NCBI GenBank assembly: GCA_040954595.2
Contig: CM082586.2
Coordinates: 5,442,509-5,506,508 of the forward strand
Direction of reading: 5' to 3'
Length of the DNA stretch: 64,000 bases
Source of the DNA: Balanoglossus misakiensis
Lineage: Eukaryota; Animalia; Hemichordata
In this document: positions 53,301-64,000 of the stretch, in pieces
Layout of the letters: each line of letters starts with the position of its first letter
How positions within the stretch are numbered: position 1 is the stretch's first letter
The notes under the pieces: generated by a model
Database searches by the model: none
What the model saw: the letters and a program-made list of their open reading frames with translations, nothing else
Told to the model about the DNA's origin: nothing
Translations under genes and position numbers: made by a program

Positions 53301-56300
53301 CACCTTTGGCGTATCCAAATATTACATTTGCAGTAGAATTGAGATGGAGTACCGTTAGTGCTGGAAATAAAGAAATACTGGCAGGACCTCAATCAATAAG
53401 AATAAACTAATTTCATATTTTGTTTACCATTCAGAGATTGTTGATGAGAATCGTCCCGTACCAAGCAAAGATGAAATTGCAGCGCTGGAGGAGTTCATAC
53501 CAATCCGATCGACTCATTTCACTGCCTTGGCCGTTACTGTCTTATTCTCAGCAGCTGAACACCCAGAGTGCAATGTCAAAAAGAAGAAAATTTTACCAAA
53601 CCAGAGAAAATCACCCAGAAGAGTATGTGGATAAAGTTTCATGTTATTTCAATGCAAACTCTGATCACGTTTTGCCATACCAAAATTTTGGCGACATTTT
53701 GGTAAATTACGTTGAATGTGCCTAGGCTACTGTTCTATGTATTAACGTAAGCATGCACTTGTGTTAGTAACGTCAATTGTTATCACGGACAGTTTATTCA
53801 ATTTCCAACAAAAACAATGCTGGTGTACACATATGGGTTGTGTTGATTAGATAAATACATATTCTAGGCATTCCTCCATGCTTTAGGTAGTCAAACAAAC
53901 AACTGAAGTTGCTACGGTGAAACAAAAATAATAAAAAAATGGACAGAAAATACAGCTGATGGATCTTGAAAAAATAGTACTGGAATAAAAGATATGATGA
54001 TGCTAACTTATATTTTTATTGCTTTTCATCAAATTATAATTTATAGGAAATGAGACGGAAACCAGAGACTGGTGTGTCGTATCAACCAATTTACCCACTG
54101 CCTGCTTGTCAGGTACAGGCAGACCGTGTCGACATACAGAACACTGTACCTATGTACGGCAGAAAGCTGGTTAAGTCTGTCAGCAAATTAGCAAAGCCCA
54201 GCGGAAACCTGCTGCATCACTGTTACTCACACATGTACATTAAGGTAAGGAAAGAAGTGAACATCTTTTTTGTGAATAGCCCATCACCCCCATTTTCCTG
54301 CAAAATGTATTCAACCATCCTGTTGCAGACAATGGCTTAGGTTGAAATTCGGTGGTGAGTGGATTATGCACATATGATTACATTGGGTATTGTTGCATAT
54401 AGGCCGTTGGCCTTAAAACGCAATAAACGTATTACACATATGGGAATTGCTAGAAAACCCACTTCTACTGTTTTCATTTTCATGAACTTATCCATATTGC
54501 TCATTCTGTTCATTCTGTCTGTTTGTCTGGCAGGTATTTGGGTGCCAGGTTGCCTTGACGACTATAGACCCTACAGTGGACTCCCCAGTGGTTCTGAATC
54601 TAATCCCATCATGCAGTGCAGCTATGTACAAGAAAACCATCAAGCTTCCTATGTACTGGTATGTAGTGGGTTACATAGAGATTTTAATTGGTGATACTGT
54701 ATTTAACCCTTTCAACCCCAGTTCCCTCTATAGATGTCCAAGTCTACCTGAGAAAACAATGGACTTGGGTCAAACCATGGTGGTGAAAGGGTTAATGTAA
54801 AACTTGTAACCTGTACGTCACAGACAAGTCAGTACTAGGAGCTCTTGTTCACAATCAACTTATGGACTGCTCTTTTTGAAATATATGTCACCTTGCTACG
54901 TTTGTTGGGGCAGTTTTGAATTTATTGTACATGTGTTTGACAACAGGACAAACCCTGCCTTAGTGAAGAAAGAAACCTTGATAGAAATTCCTCACCTTGG
55001 CGGCAATGCGACCAGAGCACAGTTGCTAATGTTGCAGTCAATACACCAAAGCTGGCTGCAGAGGTCGCCAGATCCCAGTCAGCTGTTGGCCAACACTCTG
55101 ATGGAAGACGTCTTCAAACCATCAGGTAATTGAAATGAGTGGTATAATCTATGGGCATTTTGATTTCCATTTTCAGCAAAAATAAATTCTAGCGAAAATA
55201 AAACATTCCACAGTGTATAGACATTTGACTTCTCCAGAATGTAGCCAAGCTAGAATTCATGACGATGTTTCTTAATCTTGTCATTGGATTTCACAGCAAA
55301 ATCTTTCGCTGGTGGTCAGCCGATATTGGAGGCTATGGTCACCAATGTGGAAGTGAAACAGTCCAAGAATTCAGTGGTCAAAGCTGTGTCTGGGACAATT
55401 GGATCAGTGATGGTTGCCATCCAGTCCCTAGGTAAGTTGAACGACTGTTGGTGACAGTTACATGTCAGGAAAGTTTGGTAAAGGCTGCCCTTGTGATCTG
55501 CTTCTTCACACTAGAGAACTGAGTTTCTGACATGCTTACCTCATTTCTTTTGGCAGAGTCTGGCAAAGCAAGCACAACACCACTGTTCTATGGCCCAGTG
55601 GATACCAACCAGGTTCACAGCACCAAGTATTACCATGGCGAAATGACAACATCTGGGTCAACGTACCAAGATGACTACAGCAATGATCTCATCACATTCA
55701 CTGTACAGACACCATTGGATACAGAGGACATCAGTGGTAAGGAATTTCTAAAGTTTGTCTTGAAACGTTGCATACTTTTGTGGGAAAAGTTCATCTCTGG
55801 GATTACATAGCAAAGAAACAACACAGTGAAAACAAATGTGAGAGTGGGAATTTTTTTTGTTCACAGCTTGTGGTGTGTGTCTGGTGGACATCAAAGGCAC
55901 ATCTGTGTGTCTGGATCCCATACTGTACACCTGGCTGCTGTACCAACCACGTGTCAAGACTGCACCCTTGATCAGCAAACAGGACAGCTACGTTACCCTG
56001 ACAACCGTGACAACAGCGGGGTCAAAATCACAGGAACAGGTGCAGACGTCGTCACAGGGTAAGATTTGTTAATTTTAAATACATTGTACATCCATAAAAA
56101 GAGCTGTGTTGTTTTGGATGATGGAAAGGTGTGTGGTATTATCAATAATGTCAAAAGCCTGCGACAAAATCAGGTGTGTTTTGTGAAGTATAAATGATTG
56201 TTTTTTCTGCCAAAAGGTTCAACCCATTCTGGCAGTTTAAGACTTGCCAAGCAATCAGAGAGTCATTCCCGGTCACAGCCATTGCAGTCTCCGTCTGAAA

Positions 56301-59300
56301 CAACACAGGAAGAAAAACCAAACACAAGAAAGAACGCATTGGACAGCATAATGGATGTGTGGACGGTCATCAAAGGGCTCTCGGTTCAGGTAAATATGAT
56401 AAAATGTTTCACTCTTTTGGTGGTACATGTACTTTTAACTAGTTTTGATTCTCTGTTCTTGAAGAAAATAGTCTACTGATGCATTTAATAAATGTTGAGA
56501 GTTGGTGGATGCAGGCTTATGAAAATAATAACAGAATTACATGTGACATTTTATTGCAGGTGGACGTATTTTGCACATACAAACATTTTTCATTTCTTTT
56601 TACATTTCTTTTTCATTGCAGGTTGAAGTTCAATGTTGTAGCATATACCTGCCCTCCACCCACATGCAATTCAACACAGACACACACCAGTATAACATTC
56701 CCCAGGCATTCCAAGCCACAGTGCAGGACCCAGATGCCAAGCTTCCCCAGACACTGGTTGTGTGTCTGCCAACAATGAAAGTAGTCAGCGCCGGGCACAA
56801 AGTGATGTCACCACTGCAGGAAATTCCTCTTGACAGAATGGATGTACCAGTAGAAACAGGCAAGTTGTAGGGTTAACATTTCTAGGTTTTAGTCATGTGA
56901 AATAATCACTTTTTATTTGGTATATTGTTGAGTAGTGTCATTCTGCTTCAATATGGATAACTATGCATATCCATTTGTTACCAACAGTTGGAGATAAACT
57001 TCCTTGGTCTACAAGTTTCACCAACTTCAGCTGTTGCACTCTACTTGATTCCAAGAGGGTGTACTACCTAGTCAAACCAATGGCAGTGACTTCTACAGTG
57101 GCTGTTAGCACAGTCGGCAGTGCTCCCTCCAGTGGTAAAGCATCTCTGGGTCTGTGTGTGCATGCTGACATGCAAGCAGTGGTATTGAACTGTTCTAACA
57201 AGCAGGTATGCAACTTAGTAGTATCTTTTGTTACTTCAAAATTTTATCTTAGGCCTTATGTATAATCATCTAAAAGCTGAGTTTCTCAAACTCTAAATCT
57301 GTCTTTTCTCACTGTTACAGGTGGCTTTACTACACGAATTAGCAATGACAGCCATTTCAACAGTCACAGCATTCAGCAAGAAAAAGAAAACACCGCCATC
57401 AACCAATCCTGGCACGATCAGTCCGTTGCCAGTCATCGCCACGTCGACCAAAACCAGAAGCAAGACTCCTCACAGTGCAACCTCTTCCAGTGCCGTGGAA
57501 GCTGACCCTGCAGCAGGTGCAGTCTTCTCCACAGGGGACACTGGGACATCTACAGGCCTTCAGACCGAGTCCTTGGAAGAGGACACAGATGGACACACCA
57601 GTCAGCAGTCAACTAAACTGTCGCTATGGTTACAGTGGACTGTGCCGAAACTGTCAGTGAACCTGTACGGCATAGACACTGAAAACCACAACAAAGGTAA
57701 TGTGATGTTTACTGTAGGTAAGCGATCGTGCAAATTCATGATACACCTCCAGAAGCTGCCTTTCACAACCAAGACACAATATGCTCAGTATTTCATACTT
57801 TCACTATTCAGTTTGTGAAGCACACTTTTGAAAAATATGTTTGGCTTTTCTATCATGCATCACAGAAGTTAAAGTCAGCTCAGAGCTGGAAGACCTGAGT
57901 ACCTCCATCGATATGCAGGACATCTATTCCAAGATCAAGTGTAAGATTGGGGCGGTCAATGTCAACCACTACAACAGAGGGTAAGCCACTGTCAATTTGT
58001 GAATATACTCTTTCGATAAACTCCAATTTATGTGGGATATAGTATAAGAGTAGAGTGATTTGCATTATGGGTACTCTTATGTCTTCTGTTGGAGTCGTTC
58101 ATTCAAGTTCTGATTTCTGTTGTTTTTTTTCAGGGATGACAGCAGCTGGGAACCAGGCATATTCAATGGGGTTATCCTCTCGTGTACTGAGAAAATCAGC
58201 CACAACACTGGAGTCATCAAGCAACCAACGGATGCTGAGCAAACTGACCTCTTCAAGAGCCCCTTTGCGACCACGCCACTGAAGTCACAAGACAGCACAG
58301 GATTTCTGTCTGTCACCTTCACCAGAGCTCTGGCCAAGTCGGTGAGGCAGAAAATGTTCGGCGGGAAATCCGAGGGTGGGAAGGCAGCGTTGAAGGCCAA
58401 GGCCAGGAAGAGCGTCAACGAGATCTGCGTGAATATGCAGCCGTACGACGTCGTCTTGTGGTGCCCCGTCATCAACACTGTGATGCAAGTCTTTGCAATG
58501 GAAAACGGCAGTCCACTAGGGGGACAGGCTGAGGAGGCCGCCAAGAGTCGAAGCGTCAAAGGTCAGAGGTCGGAGGTCAAAATCAGTGCCGTGAAGAGCG
58601 AATCGAGCGGAAGCAGGAGAGTGAGAAGGAAGAAGAAAAGTGCTGAGTTGGTGTCTTCCAGGACTTTGCCTCTCTTGTATCTGAACATGTGTGAGTTCAG
58701 GTTGTTTGTTCCGTGTGGGAAATCCAAACTGGCCCTGAAGAACAACTTTGACACCTTCCTAGTGCAGGTGAACGCCATAAACATCACCCCACACGCCGAC
58801 AACCCCCTCTCCAGGATGGTCCTGAAGAAGGATGTCTACCGGCACGCGGTGCATGCTGGGATCCTGCAGCAGCCGGGGTCCGAGGTGGAGGACCGGCAGT
58901 ACCAGTTGGATGTGAATGGGCTGAGTCTGTGCGTGGTGTCCTGGGAGGAACTGATCAGCAGTGATCAGGGTAAAGGTTTTGTGTCCAACGGAGCTCTGGT
59001 GGACGAGCTGACGATGGGGCAGAACCCAGCTTTGGAGTGGAACACTGCTGTGGCAAGGTGGGTTCAAGATTAAAATGTTACCATTGTGATTAATTGTAAT
59101 GTTTTGACCCAAACGCTGAACAGATGCACTGGTACATGTACTTACACTGATGGAGACTTCTTTCCGAATATGTACATGTAAAATGTAAATCTGTAAATCT
59201 TTAAGTCCTCATATTTCATCAAATATCATGTTTCATATTTGGTAAAAAAAAACACAAATTGAACATCAGGAGCTGTGCTGATATTACTGTCTTTCTCCAG

Positions 59301-62300
59301 AAACTAGTGAAGATTGATAACCAATAGTTTGGTTGATCTGTTGCAATTGTAGGAAAAGCCCTCAAGGTATTCACCTGAGTCCAATTGTCCTTGGCTTTGA
59401 CATCAGAACAGTGGCAGCACCAGCTATCGTCTGTGATAAACCCACTCCAGATGGCAGTAACACAGAGGTAAGAGGAAACATAGTTGAGTTGTGACATATT
59501 ACTGCTGTGGTTGTTTGTCTGATTTTCTATGTTCAGTGTATAGTTGTGAATTAATTCTTCATGAGTTGTTCTTGCTTGTTTCCTTTACAGACCATCACAG
59601 TGTGTGGGCATTCTCTGGAAGTGAATCTGACCAGCGACATGGAGGTGTACCTCAGCACAGAGCAGGTGCACCTGGCACAGGCCGTGTTCGAAACAAACCT
59701 GGCCACTGTGCTGAAATCAGCGGCACAGACGCAGCAGAGCGGGAAGAGCGCGACGTCGCCGGGGAAGAGGAGGAGAGTAAGCGAGGAAGTCAGAGCGTCT
59801 CAGGTGGAAGACAGCGGAGTCGGCAGCGAGAGCTCCACTGTCCTGAGGATGCCGGTCAGCGTGGGGAGGAAAGGTCGGCAGCAAGTGGTGTCGCAGATGG
59901 CCACCGTGCACGAGCGGCCCTGCAGCGGGAAGTCCGTCGCGTTCACGCCGTTCGACGTCCTCCTGACCGCCGGGAAGCTGTCGGTGATGCTGTATTCGGC
60001 GGAGGAATTGCCTCTGGACGCGATGAGCGATGGCTCGCCGCCCAGGAAGACGAGGACGAGAAAATCGAGCAGTGATGATAGTGGCGCGAAAGCCACCAGG
60101 CCTCCTGATCTGAAACTCGGGGTGACCCCGAATCCGAAAGTGCAGATTCCTCGAACAAGGTCGCCGATTCCGGGGGACAAACCACGCAGGGAACGGCACA
60201 GTTCTGGCAGCGGGGATGTGTCCGGGCAGATTGTCTGGCCGTTCTTGTACACAGTGTTTTCGCAACCGCACACAATAGTGTCCATGGAAGCCCACCAACA
60301 GAGGGTTGAATTGTCATGTTATGACATCACAGTCAAAGGGAGAGCTGCCAACTATGAAAATAAAGGTAAGAGTTCAGTGACCAGGAATTTGCAGTGTATG
60401 ATAATGGTGTTTCAACACTGTATGACTTAGGCTGCAGATGATCAAATCAATAATCGATAATCACAAATTGGGTTTGAAATCACGTATCATTATCATTATC
60501 GCAGTATAACGATGTAGGTTTTTAAAAGGAAAATAATGTTCGATTTTCGATCACAGATATCAGCAAGATACTCCCAGAGCCATCAGACTTTGGTGTTGAT
60601 TGGTTGGAGACATGCCACGGTGAACCAGACCCCAAGACTGGAATCTTGCCGTCACTTTACACACTTGTCATCAGAGATTTCCTTTTTAAGCCAGGTACAG
60701 TATAACTGAGTGTGAGAGAAAATAGTTTTCTGCGCATGCAGTGTCAAAATATGTCCACATTCTTCTCAACATTTGATAACTTGTAATCACCACAGTTTGG
60801 ATGTTTGATGTAGATTTGCAGGTATTCTTCGCTCATACACATGTATACGCTGTGTTTTCTTTGACAATATTTCATTTTCTTGCCATTTCCACAGCTGATG
60901 TGAAACTGAACATTGGAAGACCCTTGAAGCTGAACTTGAGCATCACCAAAATGCAGGAGGTGATGGAATTCGCCCGGAAGTTGTCACCGCCAAAATCAAC
61001 CCAAATTAAAGCCAAGCTGTCGCCAATGAGAGAAAGACCACCAGAGAGACTAGACGGTCATTCACTGGAAGTATCAAGTACGAATAGCAGTGGATTTTTC
61101 GATGCAGTGCCCTCACAGTCTGTAAACGAAGAAATGCCTGAAAATGCTCCCTCACAGCCTGGGTCAGGAGAGCCTGTAGACGCAGCACCACCACAGTCTA
61201 AAGTGGGTGCAGAATCAGCCTCTACCCCAGGTGTATTCCCACTTATCATTCCAATGCCAGGTGTGGCTGGTGCCTCCGATGTCGGTTCTCCGGAGACTTC
61301 TCCCGGGACTAGGACCAAGTCTCAGAGTCAAGATTCCACAAACACCCTCGAGATGGTGCTTGCCCAGCTGGACAAGGTGTCATTCCAGATGTGCGAGTTG
61401 GTGGTCGTCTGTGCCACCGTACCGGATCCCTTGTTACCTCAGGTGATTTGTTCCCTGAGTGGAATCGCAGGAGATATGGAAGTCAAGACAAGACCTAACG
61501 GTAAGAAAGGGATTTATACTGGTGATGTACTATGCCATCCAGTAGTTTTCTTCCGAGATGAGTTCAGTTTAACCAGAATGTGGAATAGAATGTGTTACAC
61601 CCAATGAGAGAAATCGCTCTCAACTTTTCTTGCCATAATCATCTGGGATGTAGATCCTACCTCAAGACACATGTGAAACCACACTACAGAAAGGACAGTA
61701 GTTGTTTATAAAGATAGACCTCAATGACAATGTTCTTATATTATTACACCCACAGGTCTAATCCAAGAAGTCTACATGGACCTGCACTTCCCCGACGCCA
61801 TGGTGAAGACGTCCTTGGACGGCAAAACACGGCCTCTCCTGGGTCCGTTCAGCACCATGGTTGTCACAAACGCCAACTGGTGCCATCACAGCGGTTCCGG
61901 TCAGCCTGCAGACCTGCCTCAGATAGGCGTGAATGTGGAGTGTGGCTTGATACAGGTTCATCTGGGACAGGGACATTTGAACTGTCTGGACTTGATGGGA
62001 GAACATGTGAAGAATTATCTGAAAGACAGCCACAAAGTAACCCATGTAAGTCTGTTCACATGACAGTGGATTTTTTATCATTACTAGACCAGTATTGACA
62101 AAAGAATGCATCATATACAATGTACTGTCAGAACGCTGTATTATTATTATGTTTCTTTGAATAAAAATGCTATCAATAACATCAGTCAAATACTGCTTGC
62201 TTCTCTCAGTTCCTACGCAGATATTGTACGTCTTTCAAGGACTTTTACTTGTGTTGTGTTAAAATTGTATAACTGAATTTATTATCAATTTTTTGCTATT

Positions 62301-63881
62301 TTGACAGGACAAGGAGCACAGAGAAAGAAGTCACAGCACTCCTGAGACACCATTGGAGAGTAGTGTGATGCAAAACATAGCTACGACTGATGAAATCATC
62401 ACAACAACAGATGACTTGAGAGTCGGTACATTCCAATACATCAGTGACAAAGGTAAAGACAACCCCCCCCCCCCCCTCTCTGCTGTGGAACATCACCAAA
62501 ATTGTCGTTTTGTTCCAGGTTTCACCTATTCCCCCGATTCTAAATTTTTGTCCTTCCTACAGATGGTATGGCCGTCCACCCCAAACCCAATGAGATTGTG
62601 TTCTGTAGCAACACCATAGACAGCTATGGCACAATGACGTGGTGCTACGATGAACCCAGAGTCTTGACCTTCGTGGCGGTCAACCCTGTGCCGTTTACCA
62701 CGTCTGTTGGCACCGATGTCCGGAAATCTGGTGTGGACACAAAGAAGGTAAATACTGTATATACAATGGTGCGAAGTTATGAGAATATGCTGCTTTTTAA
62801 TGAAGAATATTGATTGTTATGCACCAAAACTCGTCAATCACAGTTTTACAAGCGTTAGTGTCATGTGTTTATACAAACTTTGATTATTTGTAAAATCATA
62901 TGTGAGTTTTGGTCCTAATTTTTACAGATCCCCTGTACATTGGAATACTGGGACAACTTGAAGAAAGCCTTCATGGTGTACAGGGATCTGTACATCTCGG
63001 AAAGTTACTCCTATGAGGTGGATCTGCCAGATGTCAAGGAGGGTGCTATGGCCAATCAGATCGTAGCTGCTCATATCTGGAGGGTTGTGTTGAATGCTGG
63101 GAATCGGTACCAAGAGGATGATGGGTGAGTGACATCACAGGAATGGGGTAGTCTAATGCCTGGAGTGGGTCATGCATAAGGGAATTTACAAAGATATGCC
63201 TACTAATGCTACATAATCGAAATCTATTTCTCTCTTCGTCTCAGCACTGATGAGGACAATGATGACGATGATGCTGAGTCTGCAGAATTGATATCAGGCA
63301 CTGAGCCTCCCATCTCACCCATGGCGTTGGCTGCATGTATGAGAGTCGACTCTTGCTTTGCTGCGAAGTTTGTACCGGCATTGTCGATGTCTGTCAACGT
63401 CAGTCTGGTCCAAGTCAGGCTCAGTAATCATTTACAGTACACAGGGCATGGTGAGTGAACAGTTCTGTGATAAATCTGTCATATAGCTGACTTTTAACTT
63501 GTTTCTGATAGTGTGTCTTCGAAGCGGAATGGATGATACATTATGTATTGAGTTTAAATTCCGTAGGTCATTTGCATTGACTGATTGATTGATTAATTAA
63601 TTGGTTGATTGATAGGAAAACAGTGTAGAAATATGGTCAGCAGGTTAGGATGCTCTTTGCGATTATATGATCTTATCTGCCTGCAATCTCACCCTTATCA
63701 CAATAATGTAGTCATCGTATTTTGTTATGATGGTTTTTTTCCAGCGCAACCAAGGAAGCTCCATCCTTTCAAATTTGATGGCTCAGCTCCTGCCGATCAA
63801 GAGGTCATGACATTGACCTTGGAAGGTACCACCTTCTTCTTGACCTCTTGGAAAGGCACCAATAATAGGACCAATATACAG
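50381..63881 (+). CDS. VPS13B: Bridge-like lipid transfer protein VPS13B (COH1), 5' portion; continues past the window end
   Basis: Chorein-N start MFKIESYIAPLLLSYVDKYIKNLKPEDLQLSLWGGDLVL; GWASWAWSYVP; PGSEVEDRQYQLD; CGHSLEVN. Approximate exons: 50381-51320, 51648-51850, 52194-52409, 52702-52924, 53041-53223, 53435-53622, 54047-54244, 54534-54658, 54947-55125, 55297-55431, 55557-55736, 55867-56058, 56217-56389, 56622-56859, 56988-57205, 57321-57696, 57866-57980, 58134-59057, ~59353-59467, 59591-60365, ~60556-60694, 60895-61501, 61756-62045, ~62308-62451, 62563-62747, 62928-63124, 63245-63450, 63745-63881. Confidence 0.93.
51333..51492. repeat. ~160-bp imperfect palindrome (hairpin) at the start of a VPS13B intron
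   Basis: ccaatctgattaaaatcagatgtagggta...cagtatcctcttatgctgt [loop] acagcataagagaatactg...taccctacatctgatttaatcacattgg. Confidence 0.85.
51952..52164. mobile_element. TA-flanked MITE (~210 bp, Tc1/mariner-like ends)
   Basis: TA|CTGTAAAACACTTTATTTTTGCGAG ... CTCGCGAAAATAAAGTGTTTTACAG|TA, with internal TTTTCGCG sub-repeats. Confidence 0.85.
54703..54795 (+). mobile_element. piggyBac-type 85-bp MITE with TTAA target-site duplication
   Basis: TTAA|CCCTTTCA...TGAAAGGG|TTAA in a VPS13B intron. Confidence 0.85.
56860..56987 (+). other. GC-AG intron in VPS13B
   Basis: ACAG|GCAAGT donor in phase 1 joins acceptor CAACAG|TTGGAGAT to give ET-V-GDKLPW. The two GT dinucleotides between it and the in-frame TAG are in the wrong phase. 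Confidence 0.75.
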
Positions 63882-64000
63882 GTAAGCATTTTAGGGTGTG
63901 TGATAGGATTTGACAGGTTTCACTGCATAAGGTGAGCCAAGACTCATAATATGTATTTAATGCTAAGGGCATTGTCATATACAAAATGGTGAAACCAAGT

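Noticed and set aside
59491-60317. Several long overlapping ORFs on both strands
   Set aside because: Shadow frames of a GC-rich VPS13B exon (59591-60365).

Overview
AT-rich, intron-dense animal genomic DNA (an invertebrate bilaterian; species not determinable from sequence alone). Seven spliced host genes can be reconstructed: 5' end of a GGT7-like gene (-), MBOAT1/2 (-), activator-type E2F (+), ADAT2 (-), BLOC1S5 (+), KDM1B/LSD2 (-) and the 5' part of VPS13B (+). The most striking object is an apparently intact 7.7-kb ISL2EU-type (PIF/Harbinger-related) DNA transposon at 41105-48846 with near-identical ~700-bp terminal inverted repeats (TIRs). It carries two convergent, spliced, uninterrupted genes: a THAP-DDE transposase and a SAP/SWIM/YqaJ-exonuclease/PHD protein. 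Each TIR contains promoter-like motifs and a consensus splice donor, and each gene has a splice acceptor 7-8 nt before its ATG, so the two TIRs appear to supply the same promoter and non-coding first exon to both genes. Also present: a 2.4-kb foldback of inverted 54-bp arrays, several MITEs and hairpins, two U12-type introns and a GC-AG intron. All exon coordinates were read by eye and are not supported by transcript data.
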